Positions 28,854-38,359 of a DNA stretch of 64,000 bases are shown one piece after another (the first letter of the stretch is position 1; the number at the start of each line of letters is the position of its first letter). This DNA is from an uncultured cyanobacterium (GTDB lineage Bacteria > Cyanobacteriota > Cyanobacteriia > Pseudanabaenales > Pseudanabaenaceae). The stretch spans positions 864,001 to 928,000 of the forward strand of contig OY969811.1 in assembly GCA_963703315.1 (NCBI GenBank). Reading direction: 5' to 3'. The position numbers were made by a program, and so were the translations under genes. The notes under the pieces are model-generated. The model saw only the letters and a list, made by a program, of their open reading frames with translations. It did no database searches and was not told where the DNA came from.

Positions 28854-31800
28854 ATGGCACGAGATGAATGGTATTTGGAAGCTGAAAGGCGGATTGAGGA
28901 GGCACGGCAATCTGGAGCTACAGAATTAGATCTCAGTGGTTTAGAGTTAACGGAAGTGCCAGAGGCGATTTCATCTCTTACCCAGCTACAAACGCTTAAA
29001 CTCTCCTACAACCTATTAACAGAAATATCAGAGGCGATCGCATCTCTTAACCAGTTAAAAACACTTAACCTATCTGACAACCAATTAACAGAACTGCCAG
29101 AGGCAATCGCATCTCTCACCCAGTTAAAAATACTTGATCTTTCCAGCAACAAATTAAGAGAACTGCCAGAGGTGATCTCATCTCTTAAACAGTTACGAAC
29201 GCTTCATCTTTTTTTCAACCAATTAACATCATTACCTGAATCGCTTAACAATCTTTCTAAACTAGAAGCAATAACGATTTCCGAAAATAAATTTATTTCA
29301 TTCCCCAATGTGATCGCAAAATTGAGGAATTTGAAAGAATTCTATGCAATTGGCAACGAAATTGATGAAATACCTAGTGAAATCAGTAATTTAGAAAATT
29401 TATCACAACTTTACTTAGGAGGTAGTAGTATTTCTAGCTATTGTGTTTGGGGAGGAGACAAAAAGAGTGGAAATAAACTATCTTCGATACCTTCCAGTTT
29501 CACTAAACTTAAGAATCTAGTTGTACTCGAACTAGATGGAAATCCCCTCAATCCCGATCTTGCTGCTGCCAATGAACAAGGTATTGAAGCAGTTATGCAA
29601 TATCTCAGAGCCAAGGCGGAGGGAGAGGTAGCCCTGAATGAAGCCAAACTCATTTTAGTAGGTGAGGGAGAAGTAGGTAAAAGTTGTTTGTTAGGCGCAT
29701 TGCGTTGCGAACCTTGGGTGGACGGTCGCCCGACAACTCACGGGATTGAGATTAAATCTGTTATTGTCACTGCTCCTGACGGTACTACAGAAATTACTCT
29801 AAATGGTTGGGATTTTGGTGGACAAAGGGTTTATCGTCCTACACACCCATTGTTTTTCAGTGCGCCTGCGGTGTATCTAGTTGTATGGAAACCCCGCGAA
29901 GGTCCCCAACAGGGCTTTGTCAAAGAATGGATTACGCTGATCAAACATCGCGAACCAGATGCAAAAGTGTTAGTAGTCGCAACTCATGGAGGTCCTGGAC
30001 AGCGCCAGCCCGATATCGATCGCCAAGAACTGATTGACCTATTTGGTAGCGATACCGTCGTTGACTTCTTCCATGTCGATAGCAAACCCAATGCCGAAAA
30101 CCAATATTGTCATGGGATCGGTGAATTGCGGGAGGCGATCTCTAATATTGCTGCCGCTTTACCTGGAATGGGTCGAACCGTTCCTACTAAATGGCAACAT
30201 ATTCGAGAAACCTTAGACGCATCAGGAAAGACTCATTTACCCTATAGCGAAGTGATCGCCATCTGTGAAGAACAAGGGCTAGAAGGATTTGCCGCCGAAT
30301 TATTTATTCGGGTTTCGCACACGCTCGGTTATTTGATTCATTACCATTACGACAGTACCCTAAAAGATTTTGTCATCCTCAAACCCGACTGGTTAGCCAA
30401 AGCAATCAGCTTTATCCTAGACGATGACACTACCCGCCGCCGCAATGGGTTAGTAGAGTTTACACACCTCATCCAATTATGGAGCCACCCTCCCTTTGCG
30501 GGCGAAACAGGCTATCCCAAAGAACTCCATCCTGTCTTTTTGCGATTAATGGAACGCTTCGATTTATCCTACAAAGTCGTACTCGATCCATCGCAACCAA
30601 GCACCACTAGCCTAATTGCCCAACTAGTACTCGACAACCGCCCCGATCGACTACCAAATTGGGAAGATCAACCCGAAACAGGCGATCGGCAACAGGTACA
30701 GATTTGTCGGATTGTCGATGAGCGTGGACAACTTGCTAATGCGGAAGGATTGTTTTATCAACTGATTGTGCGCTTACACAAGTATTCGCTAGGACGTAAC
30801 AACTACGAAAAAAGCGTTCACTGGCAAAGGGGCTTAATGCTCGAAAATGGCTATAACGGTCGTGCCTTGCTAGAACATATCGGTACAGATGTCAAAATTA
30901 CAGTCCGCGCCGCCTATCCAGAGAGATTTCTATCCTATCTCACCGAAGAAATTAAATGGCTGATCGAAAATCCTAACAATCCCTTTGGTTGGAAAGGCTT
31001 ACGCTGTAACGTTATGGTTTCTTGCATTGAGCCTTGCGGGATGAATGAAATTGGTTATGGACTATTTGAAGTACAGAAACTCATCGAAAGCAAAAAGAAG
31101 AATCGAAATGAGTATCCTTGTTCCGTTTCAGGTTGCGATGAATGGCAGAATATCGACAAGCTCCTTTACAACGCTCCAATTGGGCAACCACCAGTACAAG
31201 AAGTCTTGAGCGAAAAACTGACAGATGTACAAGCGACATTACAAATCATTCGCAAAGAACTGCTCGTAAAAGATCAACGAGACCAAATAAGGTATCAGGA
31301 CTTAAGCGAAAAACAACGTGCCACAATGAGCCAAGTCGATCAGCAGTTTGGGGATCTAATCCAAATGCTCACCGATGAAGCCAAAGATGGACCAAGATTG
31401 TTTAGCTTTATGCCTGTTGACCCGAAATTCTTTGATATGCCCGATTGGATCAAAGCCAAGTTTCAAATCACCCTCTGGTGTGAACATTCCCGCCAACCCT
31501 TACCAGTTCTAAATCCTGCGGGAAGCAAACAAGGAATTTATGAGTTAGATCTGCCCCGCGAGTGGTTTGTCAAAGCTGCCCCTCTCCTCAAAACGATGTC
31601 CGTTACCTTGAGCTTAATTTTGCCAGTCGCAAGTTCTGCCACCAAATTTATGTTGGACGACACAACCTACAAGGGGATCGAAGAACAACTAGATTTAGGT
31701 CAAAAAAGTTTGGAATCAGTCGTTAAGACCAGCGATATCGCAACTACTTGGCAATCCAAAGCCGATAAAACTAAACTAGAACATGGCGAAGCAATTCGTG

Positions 31801-31934
31801 CTGAAGGCGCAATGTTGCGATCGCTCCATGCCCTCTTGAAACAAAAAGATCCTAGCTTTGGTGGACTGATCCAAGTGCAAAACAAACGCCGCGAGTTTCT
31901 ATGGGTACATCCCCAATTTGTAAATGAGTACTAG
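28854..31934 (+). CDS. Roco protein (LRR-Roc GTPase-COR)
   Basis: 23-aa LRRs; GEGEVGKS, TTHGI, WDFGGQ..Y..TH..FF, VATH; COR motif PDWLAKAI. Confidence 0.92.
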   Translation: MARDEWYLEAERRIEEARQSGATELDLSGLELTEVPEAISSLTQLQTLKLSYNLLTEISEAIASLNQLKTLNLSDNQLTELPEAIASLTQLKILDLSSNKLRELPEVISSLKQLRTLHLFFNQLTSLPESLNNLSKLEAITISENKFISFPNVIAKLRNLKEFYAIGNEIDEIPSEISNLENLSQLYLGGSSISSYCVWGGDKKSGNKLSSIPSSFTKLKNLVVLELDGNPLNPDLAAANEQGIEAVMQYLRAKAEGEVALNEAKLILVGEGEVGKSCLLGALRCEPWVDGRPTTHGIEIKSVIVTAPDGTTEITLNGWDFGGQRVYRPTHPLFFSAPAVYLVVWKPREGPQQGFVKEWITLIKHREPDAKVLVVATHGGPGQRQPDIDRQELIDLFGSDTVVDFFHVDSKPNAENQYCHGIGELREAISNIAAALPGMGRTVPTKWQHIRETLDASGKTHLPYSEVIAICEEQGLEGFAAELFIRVSHTLGYLIHYHYDSTLKDFVILKPDWLAKAISFILDDDTTRRRNGLVEFTHLIQLWSHPPFAGETGYPKELHPVFLRLMERFDLSYKVVLDPSQPSTTSLIAQLVLDNRPDRLPNWEDQPETGDRQQVQICRIVDERGQLANAEGLFYQLIVRLHKYSLGRNNYEKSVHWQRGLMLENGYNGRALLEHIGTDVKITVRAAYPERFLSYLTEEIKWLIENPNNPFGWKGLRCNVMVSCIEPCGMNEIGYGLFEVQKLIESKKKNRNEYPCSVSGCDEWQNIDKLLYNAPIGQPPVQEVLSEKLTDVQATLQIIRKELLVKDQRDQIRYQDLSEKQRATMSQVDQQFGDLIQMLTDEAKDGPRLFSFMPVDPKFFDMPDWIKAKFQITLWCEHSRQPLPVLNPAGSKQGIYELDLPREWFVKAAPLLKTMSVTLSLILPVASSATKFMLDDTTYKGIEEQLDLGQKSLESVVKTSDIATTWQSKADKTKLEHGEAIRAEGAMLRSLHALLKQKDPSFGGLIQVQNKRREFLWVHPQFVNEY
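28947..29222 (+). repeat. Four tandem 69-bp LRR-coding repeats
   Basis: TTAAC.GAA.T..CAGAGGC.ATC.CATCTCT units readable at the nucleotide level. Confidence 0.85.
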
Positions 31935-32067
31935 TTGTACGGGGATAGTCTAAGTGCGATCGCTATCATTTGACATAATTTACTGCTCTCGATTACTAAA
32001 GCGCTAGATTCAAAGTATTTGTATGTACCCATGTTCGAGTGGGAATACAGCCTATATTGAAAACTAT

Positions 32068-32616
32068 CTAACCAATAGGCTTGATTAACTCAACTCCATC
32101 GCGATCGTCTCCTGCTGCACTTAGAAATACTTTCACTTGCTCATCCTTAGACGTTGGCAAAGTCCGTCCCACATAATCGGGATGGATGGGTAACTCACGA
32201 TGACCACGATCAACCAAGGCTAATAGTCTCACCACCTTGGGACGACCGTAATCATGGATTGCGCTTAATGCGGCTCCGATTGTACGCCCACTATAAATTA
32301 CATCATCCACTAAGATTACAGTTTTAGCGTTAAGGTCAAAGGGAAGCTCCGTTTTACTTGGAGTTCGCAAACCAATGCGATCGAGATCATCGCGATAAAA
32401 GGTAATATCTAATGCCCCTGATGGAACTACAACATTCTCAAGGGTATGAATCTGCTTAGCGATCGCCTTACTGAGTGGTACACCACGAGTATACACACCG
32501 ATCAAAACAACATTAGACAAATCGTCATTAGCTTCGACAATTTGTGAAGCTAGACGATTGATCGTGCGACGTAATTCGTCAGGAGTTAAAATTTCGACAA
32601 TCTTGGACTGTAGCAC
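32068..32616 (-). CDS. pyrR: Bifunctional pyr regulator / uracil phosphoribosyltransferase
   Basis: [33 protein letters not shown]. Confidence 0.96.
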   Translation of the reverse strand: MLQSKIVEILTPDELRRTINRLASQIVEANDDLSNVVLIGVYTRGVPLSKAIAKQIHTLENVVVPSGALDITFYRDDLDRIGLRTPSKTELPFDLNAKTVILVDDVIYSGRTIGAALSAIHDYGRPKVVRLLALVDRGHRELPIHPDYVGRTLPTSKDEQVKVFLSAAGDDRDGVELIKPIG

Positions 32617-32645
32617 TACTTAGTTTGATTGAGTTAGCTTGAATG

Positions 32646-32700
32646 TAAGATATAAAACCTGTGGCGCACGCGCAGCGTGCGCCACAGGTTTTATATCTTA
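32646..32700. repeat. Palindrome of the ACCTGTGGCGCACGC family
   Basis: TAAGATATAAAACCTGTGGCGCACGC-GCA-GCGTGCGCCACAGGTTTTATATCTTA. Confidence 0.85.
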
Positions 32701-32787
32701 CTTAGATTAATATAGCGCCTTCCAACTATTTCCATAAAACAAAAGGGACGCATTGCGCCCCTTTTATTTTATGAATTGGATAAATTC

Positions 32788-33117
32788 TTAGCTATCTAAA
32801 TGCTTTTCGATAGTGGTAGATAGTGTTGCCTTAGGGACAGCACCGACAACCACATCCACCCGTTGACCACCCTTAAATAACATGAGCGTGGGAATACTGC
32901 GAATGCCATATTGTCCAGCTACAGCAGGATTCTCATCGGTATTGAGTTTGAAAACCTTGATTTTGCCCTCATATTGTGTGGCGACTTCTTCCACTACGGG
33001 AGCAACCATACGACAGGGACCACACCAAGGGGCCCAAAAATCTACTAGAACAGGGATGTCACTTTTAAGTACGTCCTGCTCAAAGCTAGCATCTGTGACG
33101 GCGATCGCTGATGACAT
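32788..33117 (-). CDS. trxA: Thioredoxin (m-type)
   Basis: WCGPC active site; YGIRSIPTL. Confidence 0.97.
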   Translation of the reverse strand: MSSAIAVTDASFEQDVLKSDIPVLVDFWAPWCGPCRMVAPVVEEVATQYEGKIKVFKLNTDENPAVAGQYGIRSIPTLMLFKGGQRVDVVVGAVPKATLSTTIEKHLDS

Positions 33118-33301
33118 GCTTTGCTAACTCCCTAAATACTAAAAACTTTAACTTTCAAAAATTATGTGTAGGTAGTATAACAGCTAGAATTGCACATTTG
33201 CTAAAAACCAGAATTGTTAAGCAGAATAATCAATAGTCTTCATGTTTTACCTATAAAGTGTGGCGCGGCTCCGCCGCGCCACACTTTATAGGTAAAAATA
33301 A

Positions 33302-33574
33302 TAAACCTTCTTATACTGCTGATACTCATAAGCTCAGTCACTAAGGGACTTGCTAGAAAATAAGATACCAATCCAGATTTTCCAGAATAAGTAGGGCGGC
33401 TTCGCCGCCCTACTTATTCTGGTTTTATATTGGTACTTTATTAAATCGCAAGCCCCTAACCAATTTTTGCCTACCATAGGCAAAAAAGTAAGAAACTAAA
33501 CCTTCTTATATTGCTAATACTTATAAGCTCAGGCACTAACCATTTTTGCCTACCATAGGCAAAAAATAAGAAAC
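33302..33574. repeat. Degenerate ~80-bp tandem duplication downstream of Yfr1
   Basis: TAAACCTTCTTATAYTGCTRATACTYATAAGCTCAGKCACTAA + TTTTTGCCTACCATAGGCAAAAA present twice; first copy interrupted by a MITE. Confidence 0.8.
33345..33455. mobile_element. ~110-bp MITE with internal GTAGGGCGGC hairpin
   Basis: Imperfect TIR GGGACTTGC..ATAAGATACCA / TGGTACTTTATT..GCAAGCCC flanked by CTAA; empty site visible in the adjacent repeat copy. Confidence 0.75.
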
Positions 33575-33643
33575 CGCCTTTGCTGCTCATAAGCTCAGGC
33601 GGAATGTGGTGTGAGGAGTGAACGGAAACTTGCGTCTCCGCTT
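33568..33643 (-). ncRNA. yfr1: Yfr1 cyanobacterial small RNA
   Basis: 5' hairpin GCGGAGACGCAAGTTTCCGT, conserved ACTCCTCACAC (33609-33619), 3' CCGCC..GGCGG terminator; canonical position upstream of trxA. Confidence 0.9.
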
Positions 33644-33651
33644 ACATATAT

Positions 33652-33657
33652 ATTGTA
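33652..33657 (-). promoter_or_regulatory. -10 box of the yfr1 promoter
   Basis: TACAAT on the minus strand a few nt upstream of the Yfr1 5' end. Confidence 0.6.
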
Positions 33658-33672
33658 GTCTAATTCTCTAAT

Positions 33673-35103
33673 ATGAATACGATCGCCCAATTTTTCCGAG
33701 TTTTTCAAAGTCGCAAAATGGCGGCGCTGTTATCACTAGGCTTTGCATCAGGTTTACCCTACGCACTTACCGATGATGCTTTTCGTGCATGGCTTACCAG
33801 TGCTAAGTTTGACCTTAGTACAATCGGTTGGTTAGGTTTAGTTTCACTACCCTATTCTCTCAAATTTTTGTGGTCGCCATTTATTGATCGCTTTGTGCCA
33901 CCATTTTTAGGACGGCGCAGAGGTTGGATTTTACTGACACAGGGGGGATTAATAATTGCAATATTATCGATCGCGTTACAAATGTTTACGATTGACCAGC
34001 TTGACTTGTCTAGTCGTAACGGAGCTTTACCAATGTTGGCGATCGCGGCTTTGATACTTGCCTTTCTTAGTGCCACTCAAGATATCGCGATCGATGCTTA
34101 TCGGACTGATGTTCTAGAAGCACAGGAGGTAGGAGCAGGGATTGGCATTTGGGTAATGGGCTATCGGATTGCCCTACTATTTGCAGGATTTGTGGGATTT
34201 AATTTAGCAACTCGATTAAGTTGGAAATCTCCCCTTTCACAGTTTCTATTTGATAACGGATTTACTAATTTAAGCCTCAGCAAATTTGGTTGGGCATGGG
34301 TATATGTGCTTTTAGCGATCGTGATGAGCTTTGGACTGATTGCCACGATCGCAGCCCCCGAACCACCAGAAGCTAATGCTCGTCCAGCCACCTTAGACGA
34401 GGCTGTAGTTAAACCTTTTCAAGAATTTTTTCAACGCTTAGGAATAACCAAAGTATTGCTCATCCTCGTATTCACGATCTTCTATCGGTTTAGTGATGCG
34501 ATGGTGGGGAAAATGGCGGTTCCTTTCTTGAAAACTCTATTTGATGATGGCACGATTGGCACAGTAAGACAGGGAATAGGTCTGGTTGCCACAATTGTCG
34601 GGACTTTGGCTGGGGGGGCAATCCTGAGCAAAATTGGCGTGAATCGATCGCTTTGGGTTTTCGGATTTCTCCAAGCGATTAGTAATATTGGCTATTATGC
34701 GATTTCTGTTGTTGGCAAGAATGATTTAGTTTTACTTGCGGCAATTAATGTAGAGAATTTTTGTAGTGGGCTAGGAACCGCAGGATTTCTAGGTTTCTTA
34801 ATGGTGCTATGCAATCCTAGCTTTTCGGCAACACAGTTTGCGCTGCTCTCAAGTCTATTTGCGGTTGGGCGCGATCTAATTGCTTCGCCATTTTCAGGGG
34901 AGTCAGCCCAATTCATTCAGCGCAATATCCCCTCTTGGACAGCGATTAACCAAATTCCTTTACTAGCTGGCAGTGATGGCAAAGGTTGGGCATTATTTTT
35001 CTTATTTACGTTGATATTAGCTCTCCCTGGAATGATGTTTTTGCCATTTTTCGCACCTTGGAATGGAGAGTTTAAAAAAGTAGATTCTTTACCAATTGAT
35101 TGA
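33673..35103 (+). CDS. ampG: AmpG family muropeptide MFS permease
   Basis: LGFASGLP, LKFLWSPFID, GRRRGW, SATQDIAIDAYR, SATQFALLSS. Confidence 0.93.
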   Translation: MNTIAQFFRVFQSRKMAALLSLGFASGLPYALTDDAFRAWLTSAKFDLSTIGWLGLVSLPYSLKFLWSPFIDRFVPPFLGRRRGWILLTQGGLIIAILSIALQMFTIDQLDLSSRNGALPMLAIAALILAFLSATQDIAIDAYRTDVLEAQEVGAGIGIWVMGYRIALLFAGFVGFNLATRLSWKSPLSQFLFDNGFTNLSLSKFGWAWVYVLLAIVMSFGLIATIAAPEPPEANARPATLDEAVVKPFQEFFQRLGITKVLLILVFTIFYRFSDAMVGKMAVPFLKTLFDDGTIGTVRQGIGLVATIVGTLAGGAILSKIGVNRSLWVFGFLQAISNIGYYAISVVGKNDLVLLAAINVENFCSGLGTAGFLGFLMVLCNPSFSATQFALLSSLFAVGRDLIASPFSGESAQFIQRNIPSWTAINQIPLLAGSDGKGWALFFLFTLILALPGMMFLPFFAPWNGEFKKVDSLPID

Positions 35104-35391
35104 AATTATTGCTTCGCAATGACCCTAAACAAACAAAAGCGGCGCTTTTGTTTGTTGGGGTTTATTTTCTCTACAAGAGATTTTGGTTTGAGCGCAAAGA
35201 AATTAAATAGAGATTGTGATAAACACGATCTCTATTTAATTTCACCCGATCGCGTGAGGTAAGACGATATCAAATTCCAGTAATCTACATAGCAATGAAG
35301 CCTTAAACTGACTGCACCCAGCGCACAAGCGCTGGGTTTTTATTTGCCAAAAATTCCTATAAAAAAAGAGGACGCTTTGCGTCCTCTTTTT

Positions 35392-36171
35392 TTAACCCCA
35401 AATTGCTACGCTGAAAAAGAGTAAATCTACAAAAATCGTACCTAACACTGCGCCTCCAAATGCCCAGTAGCCTAAATCAGGCGATCGCATGGCTCTATTT
35501 CCCGTAATCAAGAGCAACGCTGCCAAAATACAAGCCCAAGTCATGCCCCAAGGTGTTTCTACCAAAGTTAACGCATTTTTTAAGATGGGTTGGGCGAGAC
35601 TGATATTTGCTTCTACTTGCATCAAATCCTTCCAATGCGGAAAAAGATGCGCGATGTAGAAATAGAGGTCAGTAATAGTTGTCCCGAATAGTGAACCAAT
35701 ATAGAACCAACCACCAACTCGGTGGGAGTCTTGACGAGTTGCCCAGATTGCCCAAGGTAAAGCTAAAGCTTCGACAGGAACGTGATAGGCAGGCTCCCAA
35801 CGCAGCCATCCCCAATAAAGAGAACCACATAGCCAAGTCAGACTAAATCCCCAAATGAGACTACCCCATAGCTTTGATTTGGTGTCTTCTTGGAGATGCT
35901 TGGCGATCGCTAACCAGCCAACAGTACAAATCAAGCTCAACCAAGGTGCATAGCGCACAAGTGGCGCTTCAAAAAATACGGGAACAGATACTAAAAAGAG
36001 TGATGCAAACCAGACGCGCCAATGTTGTAACAGTGAGGCGGCGGATAGCAAATATTGTGATAAGTATTGCGGAAACGCTGACGTGACATTAACAGTAGGA
36101 GGTAGAACCTGAACTGTTGCCCGTGCTAAGGTGCGCTCCTCTAGTTCAACCTTGTCAGGAGATAAAAACAA
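35392..36171 (-). CDS. DUF3120 family membrane protein
   Basis: LVSVPVFFEAPLVR, GSLYWGWLRWEP..HVPVEA, GTTITDLYF. Confidence 0.85.
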   Translation of the reverse strand: MFLSPDKVELEERTLARATVQVLPPTVNVTSAFPQYLSQYLLSAASLLQHWRVWFASLFLVSVPVFFEAPLVRYAPWLSLICTVGWLAIAKHLQEDTKSKLWGSLIWGFSLTWLCGSLYWGWLRWEPAYHVPVEALALPWAIWATRQDSHRVGGWFYIGSLFGTTITDLYFYIAHLFPHWKDLMQVEANISLAQPILKNALTLVETPWGMTWACILAALLLITGNRAMRSPDLGYWAFGGAVLGTIFVDLLFFSVAIWG

Positions 36172-36245
36172 AGTATGTTAAAAAGTTATATTAATTTTTA
36201 TTACTTAACATATTAACAGGATTTGGGAATAGGCTAAGCCAGACT

Positions 36246-36500
36246 CTAGCTTTTTTTAAGGTTATCGCTTACCCATTGCCGAAATTCTTTGAGTGTTTGG
36301 AGATCGCCTGTATCTTCCAGCGATCGCTCAAAGGTTTGCCAACTGATATTTGCTAACCAAATCCTTTGCTCAGCAAAAGGTCACACTCGATCGCCATGAT
36401 CGGGTAAAGCCATGAACTCTTTGTCAGTCCAAATTTTGGCTTTAGATTTAGCTTGTTCTGCGGCGATCGTCATGCCTTTAATTTCTTTTGCTGTCGCCAT
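36246..36500 (-). pseudogene. Two Uma2-family endonuclease relics (one truncated, one internally deleted)
   Basis: MATAK..KIWTDKEFMALPDHGDRV*, then AEQRIWLANISWQTFERSLEDTGD joined to LQTLKEFRQWV..*. Confidence 0.7.
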
Positions 36501-36506
36501 TATGCA

Positions 36507-36833
36507 TTATTCAAAATCTACAAGATTAAAAGTAATTGAAGATTGGGCGCTATGACGTACATAGATAATGTGTACAGTGTCTTCTCTAATAGCAAAAATA
36601 ACTCGATATTTATTTCTTGATTTGCCGTAAAGAATTTGTCTAATTTCTTCAGATGTAGAATGATTTTCTTTAACTAAGGGGCATCGTCTGGGTTTGTCTT
36701 GTAACGTGGCGATCAAGTTCATTAACCCTCTGAACCATTGATCTGCATATTCAGGATTACGATCCTTTAGCCATAGATAAATCGCCTCTATTTGTTGTTC
36801 TGAGGAACGAGTTAACCTAACTTGAAATTCCAT
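36507..36833 (-). CDS. RelE/ParE family toxin
   Basis: MEFQVRLT..QIEAIYLWL, PRRCP, YRVIF.I, VHIIYVRHS. Confidence 0.88.
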   Translation of the reverse strand: MEFQVRLTRSSEQQIEAIYLWLKDRNPEYADQWFRGLMNLIATLQDKPRRCPLVKENHSTSEEIRQILYGKSRNKYRVIFAIREDTVHIIYVRHSAQSSITFNLVDFE

Positions 36834-37107
36834 GTTTTTTTTGCATTTCTTCGACAAATTGATTCAAAGGTTTAGTTTGACCCTGTGCCAAGTCTTCTAA
36901 TCCTTTTTTAATTCCAATGATGGTTTCTAGTTCTTCAATTGTGTTGAGCAACTGTTGATAGGAGGCTGCGTCTTGGACGACTAATTCTGCTTTGCCATTG
37001 ATGGTTAATACTATGGGATGTCCAGTATTTCTCATCTGTGTGATGAGTTCACTGGTATTACGCTTGAAGTTGGATAGGGGTTGAATGTCTTGGCTGAGAT
37101 TAATCAT
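36817..37107 (-). CDS. Phd/YefM family antitoxin
   Basis: DIQPLSNFKRNT..PIVLTINGKAELVVQDAASYQ. Confidence 0.9.
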   Translation of the reverse strand: MINLSQDIQPLSNFKRNTSELITQMRNTGHPIVLTINGKAELVVQDAASYQQLLNTIEELETIIGIKKGLEDLAQGQTKPLNQFVEEMQKKHGISS

Positions 37108-37435
37108 AGGGCTGCTGCACTAAATTTGCATTTAATTTCATGCTACCACGAAATAATAAAGTTGCCCTTCAAGTGGAATCTGTGATCGTGTAGTGCGATC
37201 ACACTTGGTCATTTTCGGTAATTTGCAAAAGGGTTAAGGATTCTCTTGTTTTGCAGAATATATGCCATACAGAATGATTAAGCTGAATTTTTCTGTTTAA
37301 TTTAAGTATTAATGTAATGTATAACTAATGTATGAAACTTTAAAAAAATTAGTCTTATAAAGTTTTAGTTGAAACTCCCAAGCTAAGCACTTCTTCTTGA
37401 TAACTATTAGTTTTACTCTTAGAGACTCTGAATTT

Positions 37436-38248
37436 ATGTCTTCAGTTATTTACCATGATGGACTTACAAAAATTCGCTATTTATTTATTGATGGTGGTTC
37501 CTTAGATTCTGTATTAGCAACATTTTCAAAAGAGCTACTTTCAGATCAGGAAATTGAAATAGATTATTTTCGCTTAGCACAAGGGTATCAAAAGGTTTTC
37601 TATTATGATTGTTTGCCTGCCCAAAAAAATGATGAAAATGATTCAGACTACCAGATTAGAATTAAGCCCAAGATTGACCTTTTCAATAAATTAAAATCAC
37701 TTGATAGATTCCATGTTTATGAAGGTACAGCAAGATTTCGAGATAAACGTAGAGGGCAAGAGCAAAAACAAGTCGATACTATGATTGCTGTAGATATGCT
37801 TACTCATTCTTTTCGGAAAAATATGCATGAAGCTACTCTTATTACAGGGGATCTAGATTTTAAACCTCTCATTGATGCTTTAGTTCAGGATGGCATGTAT
37901 GTTTCACTTTGGTATCCAAAAGGTAGAGTAAATTATGAGCTAGTTGATGCTGCTGACTCAAAACTACCTCTCAGATTCAGTATTGTTCAACAGTGGTTTA
38001 CTAATAGATTTAATTCAAAGATAAATATTCCTGATATTACTCAGCCTCAATTTCCTGATATAGATAACGCCTGGAAACTGATTGGCACAATAGAAAAGAA
38101 TTACAAAGCATTTTTGTATGAAAAACAGAGTAATTTTGCTGCCATAGTTAAGAATAAAGATGGTGAAGATTTCTTGCTTAAGCATAACAACTTGAATCAG
38201 TTAAAGTTTTATGTGGATCATGTTTATGGATTGGATGTCTTACGATAG
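37436..38248 (+). CDS. NYN (PIN-like) domain protein
   Basis: YLFIDGG, EQKQVDTMIAVDM, LITGDLDFKPL; extra C-terminal domain. Confidence 0.85.
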   Translation: MSSVIYHDGLTKIRYLFIDGGSLDSVLATFSKELLSDQEIEIDYFRLAQGYQKVFYYDCLPAQKNDENDSDYQIRIKPKIDLFNKLKSLDRFHVYEGTARFRDKRRGQEQKQVDTMIAVDMLTHSFRKNMHEATLITGDLDFKPLIDALVQDGMYVSLWYPKGRVNYELVDAADSKLPLRFSIVQQWFTNRFNSKINIPDITQPQFPDIDNAWKLIGTIEKNYKAFLYEKQSNFAAIVKNKDGEDFLLKHNNLNQLKFYVDHVYGLDVLR

Positions 38249-38276
38249 TACGATCACTAATCTTACATATGTACTT

Positions 38277-38329
38277 ACAAATCAAAGGGATGTCGTGGCA
38301 TCAAGTGCCACGACATCCCTTTGATTTGT
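38277..38329. terminator. Long palindromic hairpin between convergent genes
   Basis: ACAAATCAAAGGGATGTCGTGGCA..TGCCACGACATCCCTTTGATTTGT. Confidence 0.7.
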
Positions 38330-38359
38330 TTTGAATTTTTTAATAAATAGCCAGAAATA

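Noticed and set aside
32617..32787. PyrR attenuator upstream of pyrR
   Set aside because: The hairpins belong to the generic palindrome families; no PyrR-binding loop motif seen
33302..33600. Possible CRISPR array from spaced repeats
   Set aside because: Only two degenerate ~80-bp units with no unique spacers; explained by tandem duplication plus a MITE; no cas genes
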